A stretch of 64,000 bases of DNA. It comes from Bacteriovoracaceae bacterium (GTDB taxonomy: Bacteria > Bdellovibrionota > Bacteriovoracia > Bacteriovoracales > Bacteriovoracaceae). The stretch spans positions 16,744 to 80,743 of the forward strand of contig JBFGZE010000006.1 of the NCBI GenBank assembly GCA_041586955.1. The letters run 5' to 3'. The notes below the pieces were generated by a model. It saw only the letters and a program-made list of their open reading frames with translations. It was not told the origin of the DNA and made no database searches. This document shows, piece after piece, positions 11,501 to 20,271 of the stretch. Position 1 is the first letter of the stretch, and every line of letters begins with the position of its first letter. The translations under genes were made by a program, and so were the position numbers.

Positions 11501-12727
11501 GCTGAGCATTTCTGAAGACGAAAAATAAGACAATAGGTCCAGCTTATCTTTCTCTGCTTTAGGATCCAATAAATTGAGCAAAAAGGATGTGAAATGAAAG
11601 CGTGAGCTCGATGAGTTAAATGCTGATATTTTCTCTAGGAAATTTAAATAATTAATATTCTTTTCAGTTCCAATGTCCTTTCCTATTAACTGGGGGCAAA
11701 TATCTTTTGACAAAGTAATTGTACTAATCTCTTCCAATAGAGAACTGCTAAAGTTTTCGGCATTCTGGGCCTTAATATACTCTATCTGGGTATTACTACT
11801 TGCCTTAATATCTACTACAAATGAGTGGTCACTTTTACAAGTAATCCCCTTTCTATAACCTTCTTTAAGTAAATATAGATCGCTTGAAAAGCCCGGATAA
11901 TAATGAAAAGGATATCGAATAATATAATTAAAAGTATTTTGATTTTTTTTATTATAAAGCCAATGATATAACCATGGGTCCTCTTTATATTTTGCATTAA
12001 AAAAGTTAGCATACAAATTGCGCCAATTTGTAGGTAAGTTTTTTCGAAGACTAAGTGACATTCCATCAAAAAAAGAGATCCTCCCTGCAATAAAGCGTGG
12101 ATGATCATGTATTTTATAAAGTTCCTCACCAAAGGTTTTATGACTCTTCAGTAGAGCTTTTTTAAAATTGATAAAATTTTTATAGAGTAAGAGATATCCT
12201 TCTTCATCCTTTGGAAATATCTTTATTAAATTATCCAAATCATCAATATTTAAGGAAACCTTCCCTTGGCACGTGTGATCATCCTTATTTAAAGCGCAGA
12301 AAAAAATATCCCTCCATGAATCATACACATTAGTGCTATTAAGACTGGTAAGAATTGTACTGAAATCATCAAGAGCGCCATCATTACTCAAGTTAATTAT
12401 ACTTCGAATGAGCCTATCCCTCGTTTCTTTTTTCGTTAGGAATTCGCGATCCAAGGGGCCAAAAAAATTATTCCAGTTTTTTTCATTTATTTTGCGAATG
12501 CCATTATACATTTCAGGAAAATTCAAGTCCCATTTTGTACAAACAAATAGATTTTTGAGGTTTCTTTTCTCTAATACGTTTTTATTAAAATTGGTTTGAG
12601 CACATGCCTTAAGCCGTGAGGGGTTAGCATCCCCAAGTCTATAATCATCTTTAAGCTCTGGAGGCGCCTGCTTAAAGCAGGAAGGAATCACGAGCAGTAA
12701 TAATAATATTACATAGTTTTTCCTCAT
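8573..12727 (-). CDS. very large (1384 aa) putative lipoprotein, function unknown
   Basis: MRKNYVILLLLLVIPS-C is a lipobox-like signal; long uninterrupted ORF; start overlaps the upstream stop (ATGA). Confidence 0.75.
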   Translation of the reverse strand: MRKNYVILLLLLVIPSCFKQAPPELKDDYRLGDANPSRLKACAQTNFNKNVLEKRNLKNLFVCTKWDLNFPEMYNGIRKINEKNWNNFFGPLDREFLTKKETRDRLIRSIINLSNDGALDDFSTILTSLNSTNVYDSWRDIFFCALNKDDHTCQGKVSLNIDDLDNLIKIFPKDEEGYLLLYKNFINFKKALLKSHKTFGEELYKIHDHPRFIAGRISFFDGMSLSLRKNLPTNWRNLYANFFNAKYKEDPWLYHWLYNKKNQNTFNYIIRYPFHYYPGFSSDLYLLKEGYRKGITCKSDHSFVVDIKASSNTQIEYIKAQNAENFSSSLLEEISTITLSKDICPQLIGKDIGTEKNINYLNFLEKISAFNSSSSRFHFTSFLLNLLDPKAEKDKLDLLSYFSSSEMLSTLSFLNTLIDLNPDLFEEGLFLLKQLSGEGFFDIGLIARKIYDIKNKKSADSFNKVWQILNPDSKTHILRLMDHHFFPEIDLNSLLKFYEVIFKEFVISAPKLANEYNSNRKARENTIKALADIADKLAGENTLKEFTTFFSEKHILKIVDVLMNGDKIKVYASKKLNWDRYEQLKKKQQYPQYKLVDGNNENTGECIEAILKLKNVNDFIDHFPQKCVHAKGFNFQLVQNFKKANIEFRKNSNMKIDPFSTDYLLSPRLIAENVHNLKIIHDNYGDKEFLNLIEDLLSPKTGIINKEVNNLLASLSSIFKKSNGQDLFRNDVLQRLLDTDNIKKINLILEKYPILRKNFIAWKKRGSYDRRLSQKKNYSTQYKCQKFNNEEIGGFPCATLDVVKTILRRIIAIAQRKNGTGRVTGIESLLAGFSVSHGVEIPYASNSSQSKVLTVGEMVSMLYDLTDKTLAINNSTISYYQNKDLDRDYIKYSNAEYAVIEDDLLDKHEDSFEKKRERFTTMERVEASVREVRFDLNYLGVHYKNAVARSKNYNKVVSEKKKLFQTCVGFKFCGKWLNKSEKKMAKNAIAVFDGLGDLNSKESFRYGDFTKGLLSVLVKSSSEAASVAPMKTIKILRKKIKVPVKIKNSSLKKHNGSLLTNLTMIAGFSNMARFIRGHILLDQSIDSLINSKVMKRLNNFLLKDIDPKVLAGYLLDSLNEIDENVKRGEEHPVSWIVDYLANLSDQELFYIEDLVINSLIVLTYADNSNTQLQANYWNIFAKVLPIWQRFRPLFEDPQVKGEIRIISEWLEYLVTEIEAGNTNVLVIIREGLSLLDSVIQDPGASNILEKFILMGRKHDISNEFREIGVAMISIVEKLGQDNKTSQQASDFLDKVILQKEFSIKGMIEFLELSTLRPREGVDNSLYDFAGESIKVLALKEHGISGFDTFITHIVGLKEAYVDYFGKYFPHIKFLKKNTIMNYSP

Positions 12728-13515
12728 TTTTTCCTAAGATCTAAGATCACCTTCTGTGGCCTCCCAGTATTTATTTGATAATCAGAAAAAATCACATTAC
12801 TTGTAATCCCTTCTTTCGATAGTTTTTTACCAAATAACTGAGTCATTTTTGTTTTCAAGTTTATTTTTTCAGGTAACAAAAATCCATTTACCCTGGTGTA
12901 ACTAATGTCGGAAACAACTCTAGTTTTAATATTATTAACTGTGTTTTCAGTAATAAATTTTTCTACATAATAACGTTTTTTTTCATTATTATATTCTATT
13001 TCATTTTGGAAAACTCCACCTGACAAACTTTTGACAACTTTCTCAATAACTCCATTGTGGTTTAATCGTACTTGAATCGTACCATTAAGGTTATTCTTTT
13101 TATCGTCGATAGGCCCAGTAAAAACCCCTTCTTTAGTTCCTTTTAAAGGAATACCTGAAAATTGTTTTTCAACGGGCATCGGCTTTATATAATTTAAATG
13201 AGGGATAATTAATTGCTTTAACTGATTCTTAATTTCAAGAAAACCTTCTGGCAATCCTTCAAGCTTAATATATTTAATATTGCGAGTAATATTCCAAAAC
13301 ACTCGAAAATAAACGTCAGTCAAATTACCAAGATTCGATGTACTCTCTAATGTCTTTGTTAGCCCTTTAATTCTCACATCAACAATGAGATCCCTAACCC
13401 CAATCTCGGCGATGTCATACACTTTTTTATTTGTTTGCATGACTTCACTAGGCAGGCTTGCATTAGTGGTACTCACCATCAAAATGGCACTCAAAAAAAC
13501 GACAACAATTTTCAT
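12724..13515 (-). CDS. exported beta-rich hypothetical protein
   Basis: SD GAGGAG before ATG 13515; signal peptide ending TNA-S; alternating beta-strand pattern. Confidence 0.7.
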   Translation of the reverse strand: MKIVVVFLSAILMVSTTNASLPSEVMQTNKKVYDIAEIGVRDLIVDVRIKGLTKTLESTSNLGNLTDVYFRVFWNITRNIKYIKLEGLPEGFLEIKNQLKQLIIPHLNYIKPMPVEKQFSGIPLKGTKEGVFTGPIDDKKNNLNGTIQVRLNHNGVIEKVVKSLSGGVFQNEIEYNNEKKRYYVEKFITENTVNNIKTRVVSDISYTRVNGFLLPEKINLKTKMTQLFGKKLSKEGITSNVIFSDYQINTGRPQKVILDLRKK

Positions 13516-13561
13516 AGGCACTCCTCTTCTATTTTATAATAGCAACCTATGCTTTAAATAA

Positions 13562-14884
13562 TTATAGTACGGAAAGAATTTCCCTCCACCCCTTTTGGTA
13601 ATCAACCTTAATATGTTTTTCTTTCTTCACGGTAACGGCACCGGCCCTCCCCTTAACACCTTTCAAATTTTTGGCCTCAGTGTAAATCAATGGTAATTCT
13701 GTCATTGTTAACTCGCTATAGTCTCGCAACAAGGAACCCACAAGAGTTAATATTTCATATAATTGGGCCTTGTTTTCTATTTCTATGAATGCATGACCAC
13801 TTGTATAACCCTCGAGGTGAACCCATATCGACTTTTTAAGGCCTTTTATCTGGCGCAGCTGATCATTTTCATGAGCATTCCTTCCAACCCATATTCTGGT
13901 CCCATTATACGACCAAACCTCTCCCGTATTTGTCTTGAGCGTTACTTTTTTAATCTTATTTTTTTTCTCAATACCCCAGACTGGTGTAATGACTTTGCAG
14001 CTTTCTATTTTTAAAGTGTGATTATTTTGCTTATCAAATGCTGCAATTTTTTGAGTGATAATTTCTTCCGCGGCCTTCAGCCGTTTTAATTTTTGAAAAA
14101 CGATGTCTTTTTTCTGATACAGATTATGGTTTTTTTTAAATTTAAACTTAATGCCTTTCACGATAATGTTTTGTGGCTCCAAATCAATATTTTCAGCGAT
14201 AAGATCTTTTTGAATTTGTTTCCATTGTTTAACTTTTAATAGGTCTTTCTTTAAAAAATTTATTTTGCGATCTTTTTTTTTCTTTTTTTTATTAAACACT
14301 AATTCATTTTTATTTTTAATCGTTTCAATATATGTATTGAAGTCAAAAACCGGCCCTCCCCTATTTTTTCGCTTAGGCTCAATCCCAATCTTATCTGCAA
14401 AAATATAACTGAATGGGTTCATTGCATATTCATCTAGGTCCAGAGTATTTTTACGATTTTCCCATAGCGCATAGTAAATGTTTTCATTTAAATCAACCCA
14501 AGCATAATAGGTATTCCTCCCCTTCCACAGGATCAATACATCTAATTTCTTGGTTTTACTTTTTAAGTGAAAACAAACTGCTCGCTCATTCTCTAGGGCC
14601 GTTATTTTTAATAATGCTTTATTTCTAAAGTGTTTTTTAACAAGGTCTCGAAATTTATCCTGAACTCTCACTTGTGTAGGTATTTGTTCGCTCGCTGGCC
14701 ACAGTCCTTCATAACCTGCTCCTCTACCCAGGCATAAATAATTACTTTCCCCTGGAAAGCGTATGCTTAACGTAAGGAAATGGGGCGTTGAGTAAACCCT
14801 TTGAATTTTGGGAATAAACTTTTCTTTAATTTTGCTATTAAATTTGTGCGCAATATTATAAATTTCTAGACTAGAGGTAATCAT
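13562..14884 (-). CDS. NFACT family protein (RqcH/FbpA-like, divergent)
   Basis: NFACT-N-like N-terminus (KIQRVYS, ENERAV, GRNTYY), coiled coil, and NFACT-R C-terminus IWVGRNAHENDQL...WVHLEGYTSGH...KGRAGAV. Confidence 0.8.
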   Translation of the reverse strand: MITSSLEIYNIAHKFNSKIKEKFIPKIQRVYSTPHFLTLSIRFPGESNYLCLGRGAGYEGLWPASEQIPTQVRVQDKFRDLVKKHFRNKALLKITALENERAVCFHLKSKTKKLDVLILWKGRNTYYAWVDLNENIYYALWENRKNTLDLDEYAMNPFSYIFADKIGIEPKRKNRGGPVFDFNTYIETIKNKNELVFNKKKKKKDRKINFLKKDLLKVKQWKQIQKDLIAENIDLEPQNIIVKGIKFKFKKNHNLYQKKDIVFQKLKRLKAAEEIITQKIAAFDKQNNHTLKIESCKVITPVWGIEKKNKIKKVTLKTNTGEVWSYNGTRIWVGRNAHENDQLRQIKGLKKSIWVHLEGYTSGHAFIEIENKAQLYEILTLVGSLLRDYSELTMTELPLIYTEAKNLKGVKGRAGAVTVKKEKHIKVDYQKGWREILSVL

Positions 14885-17228
14885 GAACACTAAACCCCAA
14901 TTTATTTCTTCTTTAAATTGTATTCGAAATATAGGAATACCTCAATTAACCCAAGAGTTACAAAGTTATTGTCGATTAAATTTTAGTAAAGAGCACGTGC
15001 TTAGCGAGGACTTTTTTCGAAGCTGGGATGAAATTTTAGTATTTTATCGCATTTTGGAAAATGATAACATAAAAGAGTTGCAGCAGACTTTGACTAACAC
15101 CTTGGGTATTCAAGGTGATCATAATTTAATAATGATTATCAAATCTAAACTTAACGATGACGAATTGTTAAGTTTTCCAGAAATTTTTATATTTACTCAG
15201 CTTCTTCATAATTTTTTTACACTTAAAAAGCATCCATTCAAGAGTCTTTTTGAAGACTTTTTAAATTTTAAAATATTAGAAGAAGAAACAGTTCCAGATT
15301 CATTATTACTTTCTATAAATTACTTTAATGATGAAGGGGAGTTTCAATTTCATAAACATCCTCAATTTAAAAATCTCAACCTCCAATTAATTACGAATGA
15401 AAACAAAATTCGAGAAATTATTATTCACGCACGAGCTGACAGTATATTTAAATCCTCTTTACGTGATTATGATTTTGATTACCTAGGAGGAAGGGCCTGC
15501 TTACCAGTTCATTCTGGTAAGTATAATAAAAAGATGGGGAATATCAGAGGACATTCCAACTCTGGAAACACGCTCTTTGTAGAACCAGACTCCCTTTCGG
15601 ATTTAAACCAAGAACATGTCGATATTTTACGGGAAATAGAACATTTAAAATTTAAAATTCTTATTGAACTTTACGAAGACATTAAGCACCTTATTCCCAA
15701 GTTTCCCGAGATTATCAATTTTTACAAAAGAAGTGATATTCTCCAGTCAAAAATTAATTATCATTTGAGTCATAATTATTGCATTCCCCAAATTGAAGAA
15801 AATAATGGGATAGAATTTACAAACCTTTCCTTTCCTTTCATAAATAATTGCGTTCCCAATGATTTTAATTTGGATAAACGATTAAAGGCATCCTTAATTA
15901 CTGGTAAAAATGGGGGAGGGAAGTCAATCTATTTAAAAGGTATCAGTTTTATATTGTTCTCCTGTACCCATGGCCTTCCCTGTCCCTCATCGCAAGTTAA
16001 GCTTCCATTTTTTAATCGAGTCACTTTTATAAGTGGCAGCAATGATTCTTTTATCAACGGAGAGAGTTCCTTTGTTCACGAGTCGACACAAATCATCCAT
16101 CATATTCACAATGCAAAAGAAAACGATTTTCTTATCGTCGATGAGGTTTTTAGTTCCACAGATACTGACGAAGCCTCACTTTTGGCCTACCAAGTTATTA
16201 AAAAATGTATCTCCATAAATTCCTACTCCCTTTTTTCGACCCATCACGGGAAGCTTAAAAACTTTTGTTTTCTTAGAAATGACATAGATATTTTGAAAGT
16301 TACCTCGGATGACGATATCACCGGTCAAAAGTTTAAAGTCACTCGCGGCGCCCCTGGTCAAAGTAACGCTATATCAACGTTCCAAAAAATAGAATTCAAA
16401 ATACTTGGCAGTGATAATCTCTCCCAACAGGCAAATGCACAACTTTCTCAAGCGGACAAAGAATCATACTCTATCATGGATGATCTATTACGTAAGCAAA
16501 ACGAAATAACCCGTGAAAAGAGTGATATTGATAAGCTTAAGAAAGAGCTTATACAAAAAATCAGTCAAGCCGAAAATGATCAAGAGATTATAAAAATTCA
16601 ATTTAAAGAAAAATATAAACGCAAAATGGATAAGCTAATCGCTCTGGCCAATAAACAGCTAAATGAAATAAGCTCACAAACTCCTAAAAACGCCCGTAAA
16701 AAAGTTGATGCCATTAACACCATCAAAAATCAAATCGGGGAGAGAGAGTCGTGGACTCCTGGAGAAGTCAATTCAGTAAACAATTCAGCATCACTTCATA
16801 TCCCAGAAATTGGTGACCAAATACGCTGCAAAGTTTTAAATAGAGAAGGAATAGTCATCGCAGTTAAAAATAATAAAATCAAGGCCCAATTTGGAAAAAT
16901 TACATCATATACAAGTAATTTTGAGGTCATTAAGGCCCGTGTAAAGGCCCCGAAAAAAGTCAATATTCATGTTTGTAAACCTTCTCGTAGTATGATTTCG
17001 TATGATATGCGCGGTAAAAGAAGTGAAGAAATGATAAAATTATTTCTCGATATACTCTTCGATTTGCGCAGTGAAGAAATACCATTCGTCGACATAATTC
17101 ACGGCCACGGAACAGGCGCATTAAAAAAGGCCCTTTATGATGAGGCCAAAGGTCATCCTGATATCGATATTAATTTTTTAGAAGGAAATGATGGTTGTAG
17201 TCGTGTTCAGCTTAAAAAATCATTTTAA
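14883..17228 (+). CDS. mutS2: MutS2 family ATPase with KOW and Smr domains
   Basis: GNIRGHSNSGNTLFVEP; Walker A ITGKNGGGKS; ESSF; Walker B IVDEVFSSTD; STHH; GAPGQSNA; coiled coil; KOW-like IGDQIRC; Smr DMRG...IIHGHGTGALK. SD GAGG upstream. Confidence 0.9.
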   Translation: MNTKPQFISSLNCIRNIGIPQLTQELQSYCRLNFSKEHVLSEDFFRSWDEILVFYRILENDNIKELQQTLTNTLGIQGDHNLIMIIKSKLNDDELLSFPEIFIFTQLLHNFFTLKKHPFKSLFEDFLNFKILEEETVPDSLLLSINYFNDEGEFQFHKHPQFKNLNLQLITNENKIREIIIHARADSIFKSSLRDYDFDYLGGRACLPVHSGKYNKKMGNIRGHSNSGNTLFVEPDSLSDLNQEHVDILREIEHLKFKILIELYEDIKHLIPKFPEIINFYKRSDILQSKINYHLSHNYCIPQIEENNGIEFTNLSFPFINNCVPNDFNLDKRLKASLITGKNGGGKSIYLKGISFILFSCTHGLPCPSSQVKLPFFNRVTFISGSNDSFINGESSFVHESTQIIHHIHNAKENDFLIVDEVFSSTDTDEASLLAYQVIKKCISINSYSLFSTHHGKLKNFCFLRNDIDILKVTSDDDITGQKFKVTRGAPGQSNAISTFQKIEFKILGSDNLSQQANAQLSQADKESYSIMDDLLRKQNEITREKSDIDKLKKELIQKISQAENDQEIIKIQFKEKYKRKMDKLIALANKQLNEISSQTPKNARKKVDAINTIKNQIGERESWTPGEVNSVNNSASLHIPEIGDQIRCKVLNREGIVIAVKNNKIKAQFGKITSYTSNFEVIKARVKAPKKVNIHVCKPSRSMISYDMRGKRSEEMIKLFLDILFDLRSEEIPFVDIIHGHGTGALKKALYDEAKGHPDIDINFLEGNDGCSRVQLKKSF

Positions 17229-17936
17229 CTCAATCAAAACCCGATTTTTTCTCAATCCAAATTCCTTATTAAAACCTGGTAAACGAAATGATAGAATGAT
17301 TCGGTTTGGTTGGCCAATAATCTCATCTTCATTAACAAAACCCCAAAATCTTGAGTCATGTGAATAATCGCGGTTGTCACCCATTACAAAGTAAGTACTT
17401 GCAGGAACAACTTTCTCTTCAAATGTATTTTTAAATACATTTTTCTTATCGATTGCTATTCTAAACTCTTTTTCAGCTGCAATCTTTTCAAAAAAATACT
17501 GTAGTTGATAATTTTTAATTCGATCATCCACTTCATTATCGTCAAACTGAAGTGAGCGTCGGGTTAGTGCTTGATCATTAATAAATACCTGCTTATTACG
17601 AATCGATATTTTATCACCAGGAATCGCCATAACTCTTTTTACATAGGTCATTTCTCTATTTAAGGGAAATTTAAAAACGATAATATCTCCGCGCTTAGGA
17701 CGAGACCACTTCCCGAGATACCTTTCCTTAATAGGAAATATTTTAGCAAGCGTATCAATAAAGGGGGGCTGGAATCCAAATGCCAATCTATTTACCGAGA
17801 TGATATCTCCTACGAGTAAGTTAGGAACCATGGAACCCGATGGGATTTTATATAGTTCAATAAAGGAGCTTTTAACGACCAAAAGGAGAAGTAATGTTAA
17901 AAAAATATATTTTGATTCTTTAATTATTCTTTTCAT
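17220..17936 (-). CDS. lepB: signal peptidase I
   Basis: IPSGSMVPNLLVGD (catalytic Ser), YVKRV (catalytic Lys), MGDNRDYSHDSRFWG; likely start ATG 17936. Confidence 0.96.
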   Translation of the reverse strand: MKRIIKESKYIFLTLLLLLVVKSSFIELYKIPSGSMVPNLLVGDIISVNRLAFGFQPPFIDTLAKIFPIKERYLGKWSRPKRGDIIVFKFPLNREMTYVKRVMAIPGDKISIRNKQVFINDQALTRRSLQFDDNEVDDRIKNYQLQYFFEKIAAEKEFRIAIDKKNVFKNTFEEKVVPASTYFVMGDNRDYSHDSRFWGFVNEDEIIGQPNRIILSFRLPGFNKEFGLRKNRVLIELK

Positions 17937-18909
17937 TGCGAATATAATCTTGGAAAATCCATTTTGCAAATTCGGTAGACTTGGAGAACCATCGACCATT
18001 ATTAATTTGCATCACTGCCAACGCAACTCCTTTCCCAGTTTCTCTATTTTTAAGAAAACCAACAAACCAATCCCTTTTACCAAATGGCAAACCACCAGTA
18101 ATGGTACCTGTCTTACCGCCCATTTGATGAGATACACGATGGCGAAGGTAAAAACGTCTAAAAACTTTTCTTGCAGTACCACTCGAAACGGTTTTCTCCA
18201 TCAAGCTAACAAGATCATCTTTCGTGTTCTGATCCAAAAAAGTGCCTTCATTCTTAGGATGGTTCTTAGATAAAAAAGGGATATTCAATAAGGCCGCATG
18301 ATAAATACTAATTAGAACTTCGCGGTTAAAACCGCTGGCAATTTCAGCTAAATGATATTTATCGACTGGAAAGGGGAGGTAAGATAGTACATTGGACCTC
18401 GAACTCAGCTTTTGGCCAAAACCAAAGCCCTTAGCAATGTCTAGTAATTCATCAGGTAATAAATATTGCTGTGCGAGCTTCCCAAAGGCCACGTTATTAG
18501 ACGTTCCGAAAGATTTTATCAAGCTTGTTTTTCTAACCCATTTTTTACTTTTTCTTTCTTTTAATTGATATTTATAAAGGGTTGTTCTTTTTCCAACAAA
18601 CTCAACCTCTTCATCTTTAGTAAAATTTTTGTTTTGTAATAAAGCGGCACTCGTAATAATTTTAAAAATGCTTGCAGCTGGATGAGTTGCCTCAAATAAA
18701 TGAGACTCTGATGCATCTCTCCTATTTTTATAACTTAATTTTTTAATTATTTTTTTAGACTCTAAGTCTATAATAATAGCTCCAAGATAGTTTGGGCTTC
18801 TTCTCTTTATTTTACGAATTAAAGAAGGAGAGGGGATATACTCCGCGAAACACAACGAGGAAGTGAACAGAGCTAATATTAAAATTAGTTTTCCCCTATT
18901 CTCCAACAT
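17920..18909 (-). CDS. stand-alone penicillin-binding transpeptidase-domain protein
   Basis: Signal peptide; SxxK (ASIFK), SxN (SNN) and KTG (GGKTGT) motifs. Confidence 0.85.
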   Translation of the reverse strand: MLENRGKLILILALFTSSLCFAEYIPSPSLIRKIKRRSPNYLGAIIIDLESKKIIKKLSYKNRRDASESHLFEATHPAASIFKIITSAALLQNKNFTKDEEVEFVGKRTTLYKYQLKERKSKKWVRKTSLIKSFGTSNNVAFGKLAQQYLLPDELLDIAKGFGFGQKLSSRSNVLSYLPFPVDKYHLAEIASGFNREVLISIYHAALLNIPFLSKNHPKNEGTFLDQNTKDDLVSLMEKTVSSGTARKVFRRFYLRHRVSHQMGGKTGTITGGLPFGKRDWFVGFLKNRETGKGVALAVMQINNGRWFSKSTEFAKWIFQDYIRNEKNN

Positions 18910-19492
18910 AACTTTTCCCTATAACGAAAAACTCCTTACTGACAGCTCTCGTTGATTTTGGTTTTAGGTAATGAATGGCCTTAAATTTCTTTTTTTGATC
19001 CCTCAAAAAGCTTTGAGCTCCATTACTGTCAAATACTTTAATGACCAAATCACCGCCTTGCTTTAATAATACCGGTAATTTTTCGAATACCATTTCGACA
19101 AGAAGTAAGCTTCTATCCTGATCCACTGATCTTATGCCTGTTGTGTTAGGTGCCATATCTGAAATCACAACATCAAATGGCTTTTCTTCACCAAAAAACT
19201 CATAGTTCTCAAGATCATTAATATCATGTTCGTATAAGCTAACATTTTTTAAGGCAACTAGTTTTTTATTAACAGGCTTTATGTCGATACCGTAGGCCCG
19301 CCCTTTGGGGCCTATCACCTTAGCAGTATATTGCATCCAAGAACCTGGGTGATAACCCAGATCAAGGACAGTGTTGTTTTTTGATAAAATTTTAAATTTT
19401 TTATCTATCTCTTCTAATTTATAAACACTTCGTGCCAAAAAATTCTCTTTCTTGGCCTTATCGTAATAATGGTCTTTAACTTTGAAAGACAT
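18896..19492 (-). CDS. rlmE: 23S rRNA Um2552 methyltransferase (FtsJ/RrmJ)
   Basis: ARSVYKLEEID, LDLGYHPGSW, SDMAPNTTG, KVF and the K-D-K-E tetrad. Confidence 0.95.
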   Translation of the reverse strand: MSFKVKDHYYDKAKKENFLARSVYKLEEIDKKFKILSKNNTVLDLGYHPGSWMQYTAKVIGPKGRAYGIDIKPVNKKLVALKNVSLYEHDINDLENYEFFGEEKPFDVVISDMAPNTTGIRSVDQDRSLLLVEMVFEKLPVLLKQGGDLVIKVFDSNGAQSFLRDQKKKFKAIHYLKPKSTRAVSKEFFVIGKSYVGE

Positions 19493-20249
19493 GAAATACC
19501 TCTGACCTTTCTTGTAGCGACTTTAACTTCTTTTCCGAGCACCATATTAATGGGCCAATTATTCTTTTACTACCTAGATGTTTTACAATTCCCCTTTCAT
19601 TAAAGCATAAAACTTTATTCCGTTCAGCTATAATAGTACCAGCTGCGATATCCCATATGTTTTTTGGAGTTTTACTTAGAACAAAGTCACAAGAACCGGT
19701 TGCTAGCAAGCCTAATTTGAAAGCGATACTTCCCTTAGGAATAAAAGAAATATCATTCGTATCAGCACCATTAAATAGGCCTTTTCGATAATCACTCCGG
19801 GATATCATTCCCATATAAGGAGGAGGTGTTTCCTCTAAGAAAAAGTTTGGCATGGCATGCTCAGACAAAGCTTCAAAACCTGTGAAAGGGTTATATATCC
19901 ATCCAACATTTTGCTGGTGACTTATATCTGGTGCCATCATAAAAGCAAGACTAATCGAACACTCTGGGATTCTTCTAGCGAGCTGGGCGGTTCCATCAAT
20001 CGGATCTAAAATAATTGCCGGAAAAGTTAATTCACCATGATCTTCCTCAGAATAAAAAGACCAACCATCAAACTCTCCTATTCCGGCCAGAACCTCTTTA
20101 ACTATATTTGAAATCAAAAAATCCACAGAGGTCACAAGAGTATTATCTTGTTTTTTTTCAACAGAGAAGCACCCATTGAAAACACCCGGTAATTGTTCTA
20201 CTAGGGCCACTTTGACTTCATTTATGGCCCTGATCATCGCTAAATTCAT
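19476..20249 (-). CDS. inositol monophosphatase / CysQ family phosphatase
   Basis: SEE, LDPIDGT, WDIAAG motifs. ATG 20249 preferred because the GTG at 20300 lies within a DnaA box. Confidence 0.85.
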   Translation of the reverse strand: MNLAMIRAINEVKVALVEQLPGVFNGCFSVEKKQDNTLVTSVDFLISNIVKEVLAGIGEFDGWSFYSEEDHGELTFPAIILDPIDGTAQLARRIPECSISLAFMMAPDISHQQNVGWIYNPFTGFEALSEHAMPNFFLEETPPPYMGMISRSDYRKGLFNGADTNDISFIPKGSIAFKLGLLATGSCDFVLSKTPKNIWDIAAGTIIAERNKVLCFNERGIVKHLGSKRIIGPLIWCSEKKLKSLQERSEVFHVFQS

Positions 20250-20271
20250 TATTATGCTGTTTCTCTTGTTT

